From Octopus vulgaris (lineage: Eukaryota), in the NCBI GenBank assembly GCA_951406725.2, contig OX597831.1:10478001-10542000 (forward strand): DNA of 64,000 nucleotides. The letters run 5' to 3'. The notes beneath the pieces were generated by a model that was given only the letters and a program-made list of their open reading frames with translations, was not told the origin of the DNA and searched no databases. A program made the position numbers and the translations under genes. Below, one piece after another: positions 42,909 through 58,328 of this stretch. Within the stretch, counting starts at the first letter, position 1, and every line of letters begins with the position of its first letter.

Positions 42909-44985
42909 AACTACTTGCCAAATATTTTTTTAAAAGCACTTCAGCGCATTGCTCCTGATAATAAACTGCGTGAAATATATATCATCGCCTATACATGCAA
43001 ATATACGCTTCAATTCCCATGTCTGTATGCGTCTATATGTCTACTTAGCCGTATATTACAATAAAATGGCATCTACACATAATGTTGTTACAACGTTAGT
43101 TTGTCTATGATGATTTTTAATATAAATGTATATTTTGAGATCCTGTACTTAAATCGATGTTATTTTTCTAAAGCGTATTTGTTTCTAAATAATGTTTAAG
43201 CAGTTTGATTTTCAGAAAAGTAGCTCTGCAACCAGGCACATTGTACTGAGTCTGCACTTCAAAGTTCATTGTAGTCATTTGATATATAGATCTCGTTAAA
43301 ATATTAATTGAGTGTAAAATGAACTCTGGCGAAACATGTTTTGCTAAACAGAAACACGAGATGGAATTGGAAAGATCAGCAAAATCACATCCGGGTATTC
43401 CTGAAACTTATATAAAATTAAAAGAAGTCCTTTGAATAGATTCACAGACAGAAGTCAAAACCTAAAACAAGGAATGCGTTTAGGAAAAAGGAATCGATAT
43501 CTTCCTCAAATATTATCGCCACTAAAGACAAGCAGAGTCTGCGACGCGGATAATCTTATTTCTATTTTGTTGCCCTAATAATATCGTTAATAGAAACATC
43601 AACGATATTCGGATTATAACATTAAAGCATCAGGTACTGCAAAGAGAACCATTCTACAATAATCTAAAGTGTGGTTCAGAATAGGAAAATGGTAATGTGG
43701 TTTTTTTTTATGCTAAAGAACTTAAAAAGAGAAGCAAAGAAATGAACATCCACACGGATGTCATTATGCTATGACGAAGAATGAGCATTGAACATGATGA
43801 AAATTGAAAAAGAAGGAAACGCAACCACGCCCGTGCCACTAAGTTAGAGATTAAAAAAAGAATAAAACACATCCGTTCTACAGCTTCTCTATTAGAATGT
43901 AAGTTTTTTTTTTAATTATTATTATTTATTTACGGTAACGTATCCGCTGAAAAACATTTATTTATTTTCTTTGAAATTTGAAAAATATTACCGAAATATA
44001 AATGCAGAATTTTCCTCTCTCTCAGAGAAATGTTGATGTTGCAATATGAAAAGATTTAATTTTGGGGGAGATAAGATTATTAAAGAGAACGTCTTAGCAA
44101 AATTGAAAACGATTTGGAAGGGGTTTACGAGAAATAGCTTCTTGTGAACAAATGTGTAATGGAAATCAAATTACTGTAGGAATTAGGCCCACCAGTGTCC
44201 TCTCAGAGAGTGCATTACCTCAACCAGACTTCAAAGCACTTAATAGGGCATGTGCGTGCGAGGGGGCGTGTTTTTGTGTGTGTGTGCAGGTTTGTAGATT
44301 TTGTTTAAGTTTTTGATTTTGAATTATATTTTGAAGGAAAAGATCCTTCATTGTTTATCGACATTTGATCGCCAGAAGGTCTTTCAGATATTATGTACTT
44401 CAGACATCATGCAGCGTGTGAAGGAATTACATTCTCCTTCTCCTCAATAACAGAAGTTCAGCGAAACCTTGCTTCAGGTATGTTGGTTCCTTTTGCTGCC
44501 AAAATGATAGGCATGAAGCTAAAAATATAGCCTGGCTACTATATTTAAAAACGTCCTATGAATGGGTCATAGACCTCGTCTTTCTCCTGAATTCTTCTTA
44601 CTATATTGAGCAACAGATCTCCATGACAGAACATATTTTTCTTGTGGCAAAAATATCTGGCTGGTTGTGTTTTGACTTGGTAGCTGTTAAATTTTTATTT
44701 TTCACCAATGAAAATGTTCACCATCGATTTTAATATAGTGAACATTTTCCGTTGGGAATTTCCCTCTTCTTATACCGTTCTCAGCTCTTCTGAAAGTTGC
44801 ATCATGCCACATGGGAAGATTATATCCAGAAGACATTTCCTCGCAGTTGGCTTTACTGTTGATGTGTTCAGTTTAGCTTTCTTCAACATATGAATAGGAT
44901 TCCTCTATGTTTTTTTACTTGACGTTTAAGTTAAAATGTCAGGTAATTGCTGAATATTGAAAATACATATAAACACACGGGCTTG

Positions 44986-45055
<70 letters not shown>

Positions 45056-45820
45056 CGCCCGCACAAACACACACAAACACATGTACATATGATAAATATA
45101 TTTACTTTTTGATCAGGACCTTTCACTGCCTGTTTATCGAACCAGCCTTTGTACGGAATGTAAGAAGTGTAGATGCTAATCCAACTGATCAGAGCCTGAG
45201 GGAATCTTTTTCAAAATGCTACCACATCCACTAGTTATACTCGTTTTTAGCACAATCTATGCTGGTGCACATGTTGTAAAGTTTAAACTGTTAGAACATT
45301 TCTATACATCTGTCGATGCTAATAAGCCGTCTATATGTTAGACATTAGAATTTGTTCTCGTTGCTTTGCCTCCTCATCTCATTCATTCCCTATCTCTCTC
45401 TGTATATATGTATGTATATACATAAATACACACACAAACCCAGACAAATACACACATACACATATATATGTATATATATATATATAATGCTCATTCCATT
45501 ACGATTACCCAGAAGGCGCGCATGGCAGAATTTTGGAGGGAAAATATATAACATATATATGTCGCTGGGTCAGAAGTGAGGGCTATTTGATAAAGCTATA
45601 TATGATATATATATGTTTGTGATCCAGAAACACGGTGTTCGCTATTAACGGTAAGTGACTGCCTCCGTATATTTGCCACTCCGATTTTGTGTATGTGAGC
45701 CGCAAGGGCCTTCGTTTTTGGAATCTCCACTTATAGAAATGGAAAAACGGTCTTTGACTGCCATTTCTAATTCCTTCGGTATGAGGCGAAACAGCTTGCT
45801 GCTAGCCAACTCATTTTCTT

Positions 45821-45930
<110 letters not shown>

Positions 45931-46796
45931 GGATATTGCGTGGCCTCTAAGGCAAGCCTTCTGAATGGATGTGGGAAACGGAAATAGAAAGAAGTCCGTC
46001 GGCTATGTATATGTATATTTATATTTGTGTGTGTGTGTATATATGTGTGTGTGTGTGTGTTTGTTTGCTTGTTACACATGACCGCTTAGCAACTAGTGTT
46101 GATGGGAGTGATCACCACTTTGCCAATCCCTGGCAAGCAAGTAGCTAAACCGTTTACATACGCAAAAATCTAGCAGCTTCAGAAATTCAGACTTTCTAAT
46201 TTGCATACTATATACATTTTTAACAGTTTATTTTATTCCTGCGGCAACGGGGGAACTCAGTGTGCAAGTATCGACGTATGATATATGCTATGTTACATAT
46301 GCATGTATGTATGTGTGTGTGCATATATGCATGCATTTATGTATGCATGTATGTATGTCATTATTCAGTTTATTTCAAGATTTGTTGCAAATGGAGAAAG
46401 AACCGATTTCTGACCTAGATTCAATCGCCACTGGAATTTCAACATGAACAACAGTGTATTTTACTTTGTATGTATGTATGTATGTATGGATGGATGGATG
46501 GATGGATGGATGGATGGAGGATCGATGGATGGATGTGTGCAAATTTGTATGTTTTATGTATGTATTTTAATGCATATAGTTGCATATCTAGACATACTCA
46601 TATACATTTAAATGATGAACTTGTGGAAAGTTTTGCAGATTTTTACAGTTCCGGTGATACATTGGACCTGTAATCTTTGGATTAACCTTCTCCCTAAGCC
46701 TAATTTCTCCCGATTGGTTTGGAGGGAGTGTGTTACATATCCCAGTGCTCTGTATGTATGTATGTATGTATGTATGTATGTATGTATGTATGTATG

Positions 46797-47138
46797 TGCA
46801 TGGCTCAGTGGTTAGAGCGTCGAGCTTACGATCGTGAGGTTGTGAGCTCGAATCCCGGACGGGGCTGCGTGTTGTGTTCTTGAGCAAGGCACTTTATTTC
46901 ACGTTGCTCCAGTTCACTCAGCTGTAGAAATGAGTTGCGACGTCACAGGTGCCAAGCTGTATCGGCCCTTGCGTTTCCCTTGGACAACATCGGTGACGTG
47001 GAGAGGGGAGGCCGGTATGCATGGGCGACTGCTGGTCTTCCATAAAACAACCTTGCCCAGACTTGTACCTCAGAGGGTATCTCTCTAGGTGCAAACCCAT
47101 GGTCAGTGGCTGACCGAAGGGGTTCTTTACCCTTTTTA
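46797..47138 (+). mobile_element. Young full-length tRNA-derived CORE-like SINE (family C) in (TATG)n
   Basis: A box tggctcagtgg, ACG anticodon-like loop, B-box variant gctcgaatccc, CORE-like tgttcttgagcaaggcacttt..ctgtagaaatgag and a T-run end. (TATG)n lies on both sides. Confidence 0.9.
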
Positions 47139-47446
47139 TGTATGTATGTATGTATGTATGTATGTATTGTTGTATATATGTATGCATGCATTATGTATGT
47201 ATGTATATATGTATGTATTGTTGTATGTATGTATGTATGCCTGTATGTACTTACTGCTGTGTTAGGTTTGCATTTTTAAATTTCGCCTTGTTAATGATAT
47301 AACCTTGGCTGATATATTCTCCTTGTTAATAAATGACTGGCTTTATTTTTAAAGAAATCACTAAATCCAACTTATAAAGTATATGATTTTCAAAGTGTAA
47401 TGCACATGGTGTTCTACACTTCCCTTTAAAGCTTTTCAGTTTACAG

Positions 47447-47609
47447 GTGTTCCAGTGGAAGGCAGTTGCATCATTTTCATCATCTTGAAGTGGCAGCCAA
47501 ACAGCACCAAACCAATTCTGGATCGGTTCTGGGACGCAGAAGCCCAGATTGATAATGAGATAAGTGCCGAAGAAATAATTACTTCATTTTTATTGCAGAC
47601 GTTACAAAA
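47447..47609 (+). CDS. Candidate 163-nt exon
   Basis: tttacag|GTGTT...ACAAAA|gtaaga. One frame is fully open (VPVEGSCIIFIILKWQPNSTKPILDRFWDAEAQIDNEISAEEIITSFLLQTLQ). No homology recognised. Confidence 0.35.
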
Positions 47610-48829
47610 GTAAGAACCAATATTAGAAAGTAGAATATTCAATGCTGAAAGAAGATTTGACGGTGCATCGCACGTTTGTATGTATGTATATCACATAGAA
47701 CACGTGATATATGTGTTTATACGTGTGTGTATGTGTGTGTATAAAGGAAGTTCATAATATAAGGATAAAATGTGTGTAAATCATAAAAATGATCCCAGTA
47801 TATTTGATAGTAGAGTGTAATAATTTTATTTCAATATATACTTACAACATGAATATGTTTCTTTTGCATTGAAGTAGAAGTAGCTAAGAGACTTCAGAAT
47901 ATCATTTGTAGCTTAAAAACGTGTGTGTGTGCGAGTTGGGTGTATATATATCGATCGACATACGCATATATGTGTATGAATATACACAGCAATAAATACC
48001 GAGAGAAATATATTAATGACTGTGCACAATTTACATTAGAACCGAATAAAACTGGGATTCGTCAATAAAAGCAGTTATGCTTAATCCTATTAGAGCCATG
48101 AACGAACTCGTCATTGTGACGAAGCAGCTTTGCAAATGATGCCTTTTACTGTTTCATAGAATTCGTTTCCTTTTGAAATATTCCTCTGACAATATTCAAC
48201 ATTAACAATATTTTTTTCTTTGGAAACATATTCCTCTGTCTTCTCACGACTATTTCACTCGCGGTCCATTTTTAGAAAATATATTTATAGTTGTCTTTCG
48301 TTTGTTTTCGAATTTTTGTTGGAGCTGCATATTTATTGCTCTTTGTTCTGAAAATAGAAACGAAGAAGGATAACCAACTCTCAAAGCAAGACAAATACTT
48401 TGTGCTGATAAAATACAAAGTAAATGACATCGCACAAATAAAACTTGAGTATACTGTTTAGTACTGAAGACAGAAAGCAATATACATCGCGCACAATAGT
48501 TATATAAGTCAAACACTGATGTAAAATATTTTTAATGGTTTGGTCTCAAGAAAGCGCTTATACCCACCTTTTCCGTGGGGGCCACCGTACAGATGACACG
48601 GATTGACATGGGTTCAATTCATTGCGCTAAAGATGACAATGGAAGGTAGAATGCCAGGTAGTTGTACTTGCGTGAGCAAAATTCGTGTGGATGCTTTCTG
48701 CCACGATGTCTCGAAATGACAGGAAAAAATGAGCAGGCCCCTTTTTGCCTCTGTTTCAGTAAGAAAGGGTTCTATACCATCAGTTGGAACTCTGATGATG
48801 CTCCTAAAACCTACCATCTGTTACTAACA

Positions 48830-48980
48830 GATACATCGGGCAAAATGTCTACCGGTATTTCGTCAGTCCTTACGTTCTGAGTTCACATTCTACCGAGGTC
48901 GACTTTGCTTTTCAGTGTTTCGAAGTCCATGAAATAAGTTCCAGTTATGCACTTACCCTTCCCCTCAAATTTCAGGTTTA
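48830..48980 (+). mobile_element. SINE family A partial
   Basis: ggtatttcgtcagtccttacgttctgagttcacattctaccgaggtcgactttgc. Confidence 0.75.
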
Positions 48981-48987
48981 TTATTGC

Positions 48988-49042
<55 letters not shown>

Positions 49043-49045
<3 letters not shown>

Positions 49046-49260
49046 TAGTTTTATTTTTATAGCGTGCTTTCACTTCACTACCGAGCACAGCTCTGTGTGC
49101 CTTGGGTATGTGCTGTGATTTGTTGTGATGCTCTGATGGTTATTGTATGGAAAGTGTTCTGCGTAGGATGTGTGCAGTGCCTAGTAGTGCAATTTTCTGT
49201 ATGTTATATGTGTTTGTAAGTCCTGGTGTTTTTGTTATGTATTTGTCTGAATATTTTTTT
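49043..49260 (-). mobile_element. Dong/R4-type 3' end inserted in (TAA)n
   Basis: Reads ..YSDKYITKTPGLTNTYNIQKIALLGTAHILRRTLSIQ*. (TTA)n lies on both sides. Confidence 0.85.
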
Positions 49261-49286
49261 TATTATTATTATTATTATTATTTTTC

Positions 49287-49347
<61 letters not shown>

Positions 49348-50204
49348 CTTCTTCCAATTCTGTTTCCATTTCTTGACGAGGGTCTTCTCAACACCTAGAA
49401 CAAAGAAACTCACCCCATAAATAAACACAGCAGATGGTACATTTACAATGACATGTGGTAAAGAAAATGGCGAAGAACGACAGAGAAAAAAAAGGAACGA
49501 AGGGAAAATATTGAAAAATAAAACAAAGAAAATAAAGGAGAAATAAGAAAATTCACAGAAACATTCTTCTTCTCAATGGACACGTCCAGCCTTGATAGCG
49601 ACTGGACGTGTTATTCGCTGCCCTGACCAGTCAACAGCCGAAGACACAGCAACACTAACACTACCCAGCAGAACAGCTGAAAAATAACTCTTAATAACTG
49701 GAATATCTACAATTCCCCGTATTTAAGTTTAAAGACTTGTCTTTCTACCGTTTTCATTGGCCGGACACACAAACAATCATCTTTAAAAACTTTACACTTT
49801 TCGGTGAATACTTAGCCTTTTCTTTCTCCCTGACTATCCGAATATGAAAACATCCCTTTTATTTCAAGAACTCTATTAAATACCTCTGGCTATCTATCTC
49901 CTACAATTTCAAGATAAGTGACTCTTTGTTAGTAAATAATCCTTTATTTTCTTCTAGCAACTCCAAAACGCAAGCATTACTCACTCTTATACAGAAAAAG
50001 GTGTAACTTTTCCAAACACTTTCCAGAACTGATAAAAATGGTGATAAGAAACTGTTGATATTCACACAAACTGCTCAATTACAAGAACTATAAGACACAG
50101 CAAAACATGCTAAAAGAAAACAAAATTCAAAAGTGTAAACATCAGTGAGTGTATGTGCGTGTATAAATATAAATATAAATATAATTATAAATATATATAT
50201 ATAA

Positions 50205-50420
50205 AATCAAAATAAGCAACAAGAATATCTTCGGTAATTTGGTGGGATCGTTTCATCCGACATTATTTTATTAATAAGATACTGTAGTGTGAAACGATCG
50301 TACCAAATTACCTAAGATATTCTTGTTGCTTATTTTGATTATAATCACCCCATGGATTTATATGGATAACACCGTACTATATTCTGGTGCATCTGACTTA
50401 AGTACCATATTTATTTGAAT
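50205..50420. mobile_element. (TA)n-bracketed asymmetric fold-back, ~50-bp arms starting at a hammerhead half-core
   Basis: Arms are 50205-50255 and 50290-50340. The right arm starts tGAAAC-gatc-GTA-cc. Confidence 0.8.
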
Positions 50421-50436
50421 CTATATATATATATAC

Positions 50437-50508
<72 letters not shown>

Positions 50509-50979
50509 TATATAATATATATATGTGTGTGTATATATATATATATAATACACACACACAATCACATGTACTTATGTTTCCATTCTAGCCCCTTGATAAT
50601 GCATTATTCAAAACATTTCTGTTAAATTCAATGTTAAGATTTGAAGTTGTGAGGGCTACAATTTTCTCGGGGCTTTTGTTTTAATGATAACAATGGTTTC
50701 ATATAAATTGTAGGAATTCACATTCATAACTAAAGAAATTTAAGATGTTATTTCATATATATAAATTTTAGTAAGAAAATATATCTAATATGTAAAAATA
50801 AATATAAATATAAAATAAAATATAAACAATATACTTATTTAGAAATATTTAAGCATACATTTCTAAAAATTTGAATAATATGAATAGTTTAATTATTGTT
50901 ATATACTTAAGGGAAAATTTCAAAATATGAAAATAAATATTAATTAGAATAATATATATATATATATATATATATACGT

Positions 50980-51048
<69 letters not shown>

Positions 51049-51090
51049 TACATACACACACACTCACACATATATATATACATATATATG

Positions 51091-51141
<51 letters not shown>

Positions 51142-51399
51142 CGTATATATTTATATAATTCTTTCTATCAGCAATTTCAAAGGTGAGTTGGTTGTTTCCA
51201 AGGTCACTCCACCCATTAATCACTGTGGTAGTAGCTACATATTTAACCTCTGCTGTAGGAAGTACCCAATGCTTTAGTTTTTTTCATTGCGCAGGAATGC
51301 GAAGCCCCATTGTTCAACCAATTTCACATGATATGGCACTCTTCTATTTATCTGTGTATAACTTCTGGATGAGTTGCCTTGGTCCTATATAGTCTTAAT

Positions 51400-52335
51400 A
51401 TACTCAAACACTCACTTATCCATGAGTGCGGGATCATGTCATAGGCTTTCCTATAATCTATCCATGCTATTGTTAGATTTTTCTTTCTAGTTTTACTTCG
51501 TGTAGAACTGCTTTGTCTATGAATAATACCTCATGAGGTCCTCTAGCGTTCTTTCTACAACCTTTCTGTTTTTCTGTTAGTAAAATTTGGTGTGTCAAGG
51601 TTCTTGTAAAATGCTTTCTGAAAGCATTCTTGTTAACAGATTCCTCAACAACCGTAAGCAAATGATTAGTATATTCTGTATTCTAACGGGTATAAGGAAC
51701 CGTCGTGTAGAAGGAGCCCTCTAATTTGGAGGGCTTAAAATTCGGAAAAAAAACCCAGTTTGTGTAGGGATTATATTATGCATGTATCAGAAACTCCTAT
51801 ATTTTTGTAACCTAATTTTTAACAAAAAAGGGTTACTTATACACGTTAAAATACAGAATTGCGAGCTGTATTACCCTTGCACTTAACTTTCATAAGGTGT
51901 ATTGTCCTCCCTCTAGTCATCCAATCTGGTATTATTTCTCCATTAAGGCAATCTTGAAGTTGTTCCCTAAGCCTCTCATGTAAACTACTGTACCCTTGAA
52001 CTAACTTGGATCCTGTGCCCTTCCAATTCGGCATTCTTCGTAACACTCTACTCATTAAGGCACTAGTCTTACATCTGGCTGCCTCCTATCCATTGCTTCT
52101 TCCCTCGCTTCATTTAATCATACGGCATATCCATTATGTTTGACTGGATTATCCCGTTACTGGATTATCCATTTGACTAGATTATCCCATTACTCCAGAA
52201 CATTCTAGCAACCGCTGTACTAACTTTCTCATCTCCACTAATCCGGTCTCCACTATTTATTTGTCTGTCTCAAATAATCTATTTTGTTGATACTGATCTA
52301 TACTTTTCCAGTATATGGAGAGCTTACCTGCTACT
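51400..52335 (-). mobile_element. R4/Dong-type RT region, pseudogenised and split by a MITE
   Basis: Reads QYQQNRLFE, MPNWKGTG..VQGY..SLHERL..IPDWMTRGRT, EKQKGCRKNARG..LFIDKAVL and IAWIDYRKAYDMIPHSWI. Confidence 0.9.
51676..51856. mobile_element. ~180-bp MITE (Tc1/pogo-like TIRs)
   Basis: TIRs ctgtattctaacgggtataag / cttatacacgttaaaatacag. The element interrupts the RT at the NYRPI-equivalent motif. Confidence 0.75.
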
Positions 52336-52339
52336 GCGA

Positions 52340-52825
<486 letters not shown>

Positions 52826-53029
52826 ACCATCAAACTGTTGTACAACATTTTATTCCCCATCCTTAATTATTGCTTTAATATATAATGTTTTACAATACAT
52901 TTAAGAACATAGCTTTATTTATAAGTGCCACTTGTTGTTTTATACCCCGACATCTGTTATCCAAACCATTCCAATAGTGACCATCACGTATATTTATACA
53001 TGTCATTAAAACCAAATCATATAATGTAT

Positions 53030-53447
53030 CCTATTTCTTTACTACCCACAAGGGGCTAAACATAGAGGGGACAAACAAGGACAGACAAACGGATTAAGTC
53101 GATTACATCAATCCCAGTGCGTAACTTGTACTTAATTCATCGACCCCGAAAGAATGAAAGACACAGTCGACCTCGGTGGAATTTGAACTCACAACGTAAC
53201 GGCAGACGAAATACCTATTTCTTTATTACCCACAAGGGGCTAAACATAGAGGGGACAAACAAGGACAGACATAGGTATTAAGTCGATTACATCGACCCCA
53301 GTGCGGAACTGGTACTTAATTTATCGACCCCGAAAGGATGAAAGGCAAAGTCAACCTCGGCGGAATTTGAACTCACAACGTAACGACAGACGAAATACCG
53401 CTAAGCATTCCGCCCAGCATGCTTACGTTTCTGCCAGCTCACCGCCC
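53030..53447 (-). mobile_element. SINE family A head-to-tail dimer
   Basis: A full copy (53447-53214) is followed directly by a copy lacking the head (53213-53030). Confidence 0.85.
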
Positions 53448-54935
53448 TTCATTCTGTCACTATCGTATGTGGGAGGATTAGATCTGAGGGAGATTTGGTT
53501 GCTATTTCCAGCTAGTAAAATCACTGATGTTTAGTTCTTGTTCACGTCATGAATTCATATATTGTTATTGTCATCGCTGTTGTTCTTGTAGCACTTGGAT
53601 GCCCTAGAATCTTGCAGATTTTTTTATGACAGACATATTTGCTACGATTACTCCAGTATGGAACGTTAACGGATCTAATAAACTTAGAATTATTCCTGCT
53701 ATTTGCTTTCATCTTTCTCTTCATTCCTTTACATTAGATGCTGTACTGTTTCTTTAACGTTGGCGTACCATATTTTTTTTATTGTTATCGATCTGTTTGG
53801 TCTCCTTCTCGGCTATACTAGTGCATCTTGCATTGCATTATCGACTGAGCTGTTTCAACAGTTGGCAACGCTGTGGATTGATTGACACACTTGTTGGTAA
53901 TATTCCTAGCATGCCGACGACGGGCCACATAAACGCACCCCCATTGGTTCTTGATTGTTATATGACTGTTTATAATGCGTAACTGATGTTACATTACGAC
54001 TAAATTACATTTCCCACATGGCGACGGAAGAGTGTCTCTATGAAACGTGCTGCATAACCCATAAGCAAACAATAGAATTTCATATACGGATTATAATGAA
54101 GTGATAACATTTAGCTCAAAATAAATTATTCGTGTAGTTAGAATCCAGGAAACTCTCACTAAATTTGTTTTGAATTCTAAAACCAATAACAAGTACGATG
54201 ACAACATTAAGATAAGCTAAACGGAATAGTTTTCTTTTTCTCTTAATCTTTCCAAGACGTTAGTTGCAGGGCTTACATTTTATTTATTTATTCATTCATT
54301 CATTTATTTCCTAGGATGTGTTTGAGCAAATTACATATTCTGTATGTTTATTCAGACTTGAAACATACTGAGCGAAAGCAGATAATAATTCTATTTGTTA
54401 CTTGCATTGCCGTATTTGTTGTTATTTCCTTAGCCCCGGGATTTCCCTAATGAGAGGTGCTAAGATAAAAAGTGTCCTAGACATGACCGTATTTTCTTTT
54501 ATTTAGTTATTTTGTATTTAATAAAATTTCATCTAGCTTTATCTCAAGTATCAGCTTAAAGCTTTCGCTAGGATTAACAGAAATTTGACAGCTCAACCAT
54601 TTTAAGAAAAACGAATGACTGCGTTTAAACTGCCATCTTACCTCATTGTTCTCGAGGACTCTGCGGCTATTTTCGCTGTTGTTGTTCATTTTGCTCTTAT
54701 TCTTGTTGATGATGGTTGCGCAAACGCTGCTGCTCTGGTTATACTGGTGTTGTTGATAATGCTGATAGCTCCCGTGTTGATCTTCGTCCCAATAAATATT
54801 AGCTTCACTATTTATAGTGATGACGGGTGGGTTGTGATAGTAATGGTAATAGTTACGGCTATGGCAGTGACTGTGTTACTAATAACAGTAGTGCTGACGT
54901 TGATAGTGATTGCAATATAAGTGTTAAAGCTGATT

Positions 54936-54971
<36 letters not shown>

Positions 54972-57900
54972 TAGCAGTAGTTGTGATGGTGACCGTAGTA
55001 TTGACGATGGCTGCCGTAGCGGTGGTGGTAGATGTTTTAGAAGTAATGGTAGTGTTTTTATTAAATAACGTAGCAATGTTAGATGCAATGGTATTAGCGG
55101 TAGTAGTATCGGTTGTGGAAGCAGTGGTGATGGTGGCAATTGTTTTGATGCTTTTGTAGACGAAAGAGGTGATTTTTGTTGTTGCTGTTGCCGTTATAAT
55201 GACTATTGTCGTTGCTGTTGCCGTGGTCAACAAGCCTTATGCTATCGCTTATTTGGCAGGCATATGGACAAGGAAAAATGATATAGGGATAACAAATAAT
55301 GTATCAATCTCATGCGAGAATGAATCTGGTGTAGGGAGTCCTAAAGGTTTTCCAAAGCGGTTTGTGGACGCCATTTTCCTATGACTCGTCGTAATAATTC
55401 CTCTTTTTCTAGCGCAATATTGAATGTACTGAATATAGAATTATTAGATCAACTACCTTGTAATTATTGATTTGGAACCAGATGATATTATTGGTGTTGT
55501 TTAGCCACAAATCAGTTCTGACTGAGCAGTTTTACGATGAAACCCTTTCCAAATATAGAAATATACTGCTGCTCGACATAATCATTCCTCCTGTCGCTAT
55601 CTGTTAGCCATTCGAAATACTGTTCATATCTATTAAATTTGTGTTATCCAAAATGAAATACATTAATATGCAACAGTGCTGTGCGTCTGTCAATGAATAT
55701 ACATGAATATACATGTTGAGAAGACTGTACTGCCTGTGGAACCATGTCATTGAAATAACCAGTCGTTTAGCTTACAGGAAAATATGGTGTGATGTGAGAG
55801 AGGCTGTTTCTTTTCCTCTCTGCTTTCACAGATAGATCAATAACAAGTAGTTGCCTTGTCAGCTCGGTTTGTCGTTGTATTTGGCCATGTTGTTGATCCA
55901 CGGTGATTTGCATTCCAAGCAACCCATCTTATTTTTGAACACAACAGCGGGACAACGATATTATGTTACTGTAACATTCTTCGTCTTAACAAAGTAGACT
56001 TCCAGTAATAAAGATTTGGCGCTCATTGCTCCTCCCGGGTCAAGCACGCTCAGAGAGGAACTTCTCTTGACTTGATGCTGTGTACAATACATAAATTTAG
56101 ATGACATACAAGGCATGTGCAATTCTTCGTTATTTAGAATTACCAACATACTTCTGTCTTAGACAAGGTTTTACAACATATTTATGGTCCAAGAAGAGTT
56201 CAGAACAGTATGTTGTTAAGTGTTTGCCAGCCTGAACAAGAAAGGCAGTACTTTCGATGCCATGTCGTTTCCAGGATTCATTAATATTTACACTTTACGT
56301 GAGTCATTCTACAGTTATATTGTTCATTGAGAGGTGAAGAAATCCGTTTTCAAGACGTATTTAGAACCAACCGTTTGTTACAATGTGTTCTGGGAATGGA
56401 AAATAAACTTTACATTTCAGGAGTGTTTCAAATGTTACTAATAAACCGAATGAGGTTGAGGTTTGGTGTTGATATTAACTAAACGGAAAGTGTAACATTG
56501 ATTCTCTTCTTAAGAATGAATGTTATGTGCGAGATTTTCAGATGTTTTTTTGAATAGGTTTCTGTAAACAAACATAAATATATAACGAGCATTTCAAATC
56601 TAAAACACATATTAGGATAGGAAATGACGAAACGCAAATGGAAAAATATATATTTTATTGTCAATTTTATTATAATATTTTACAGTATAGCATTACTATT
56701 TATTTTAATAAACCTTTTAATTTAATGAGAAAGACTTGGAACTGTAGCAATGTTCATCAAATCGTTCTTCTTAAAAACTCTGTTGCAAATTTTCTAAAAT
56801 ATTCACTCATGCATGAAGTAGTTAATTTAATTTTCTCCGAATTATATTTGTTAGTAATTAAAAATTTGTATGGGATTACAAATATATTTCTCTTTGTAGC
56901 AGCAGCCCAAGAAATTGTAAAAGAAATAAGAATTAGATAATATAATAAAAACTTATTTTTAGGAATTGGATTCTTCTGTCTTTATATTTCTTTTCTTGAA
57001 GATATTCATTAAATTATTTTCTGATTTCACTAATTATTCCAATTAATATAACACTGACATTTGTGAAATGAATACTATTGAATACATTCATGTTTAATCA
57101 AATTAGGAGTTCTACTAGATCAATATACTACTTCACTTTCTGTTTAAGAAATCTTTTTTTGATTTTTGGAAACAATAAGCTGTTGTGTCAACAACAATGC
57201 ACTATATTTGATTTGTAGTATCCGTATTCCAGGTTTCGGTCTTGCCAACTTGTACGAAATGAAATAAAATTAATTCCTAGATTTCATTGACATTCGATAC
57301 ATAACATCAGCTGAGTGTTTGCAAATATTATTTTCTAACATGGGCACAACGCCACAAACGTTCGAGAAATGTAGAGTCGAGTTGATAGGCCACAACGTAA
57401 TTAATTAACACATATAATCGCAATTGTGGAAGGGCGAATTTTACGAATCTATGAACGTTGCTGGCTATTGTTTAGAGGAAACGAAGAAATACGATATTAA
57501 ACAATAACATCGGGGAAAGCTTATACAGTAAGGGTGAAGTGGAATGGCTAAATGGATACAATATCAAACAACCAGCTGTTAGTTCCACAGATCTTATCTA
57601 CTCTGTGCATTTCTTTATGTATCTGTCCAATGCACTTAGTTCTGAATACTTTTGTTCAGCCAGCGTCTCAGAATATCTAACTACTGATAAGTCTAACTAG
57701 GATAGACACTCAGGATAAACAAAGTACTTTCATATCTTAAGTCATATATACATACATACATATATAAGTGCTGTCATCTGTATGCTTTTCGAATATTCTG
57801 TGATACAGTTATTATATGTACACTTGGAATTTAATTCTAGTGATTACCAAATATTAGAAATCTACAAAAAATAAAGGTTTTTACTCGAATTTTTCCTATT

Positions 57901-58105
57901 ATAATCCGAATAATTTGAAGAATTATAGGAACATAAATGCAGTCAATTACTTGCCCAGTATTCTGGTGTATCTGCCCTGGAGCGATGAAAGTGAAATTGC
58001 CATTGCGGAATTTAAATAAAGAGTATACATTACCATTATGAAATGGAACGAAGTATTTTCTTTCGCACTTCCAATCGGGAAAACTTGATTTTCTAGTTCA
58101 GAGTA

Positions 58106-58328
58106 CAGTATTCCCTCACCATATCACGGTTCACCTACTGCGGCTTAATATCTAAGCTCACATCGATTCATCCGCGTTGTTATTTTACATTTATAATAAA
58201 ATAAATATATACAAATTATGAAAATAATTAAAAAAATGTACAGTACACTACTGTTTCTACTTTACGGATTTTCCTCTATCGCGGGTGGGATTTGAAATAT
58301 AGCACCCGCGATAGTCGAGGGATTACAG
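58106..58328. mobile_element. pogo/Tigger-type MITE
   Basis: ta|cagtattccctcaccatatcacgg ... cccgcgatagtcgagggattacag. Subterminal hairpin ctatcgcgggtg/cacccgcgatag. Confidence 0.7.

Noticed and set aside
46140-46265. Second Helitron 3' end
   Set aside because: The hairpin is degraded, with no CTAG terminus or matching 5' end.
46797-46870. tRNA-Arg gene
   Set aside because: The cloverleaf is imperfect and continues into a SINE body; it is a SINE head.
53740-54027. LTR followed by TGGCGAC primer-binding site
   Set aside because: Only a short motif; the 5' boundary and internal sequence are not identifiable.
54600-55235. Thr-rich mucin-like and hydrophobic ORFs
   Set aside because: Degenerate trinucleotide repeat that is open on both strands, with no convincing splice context.
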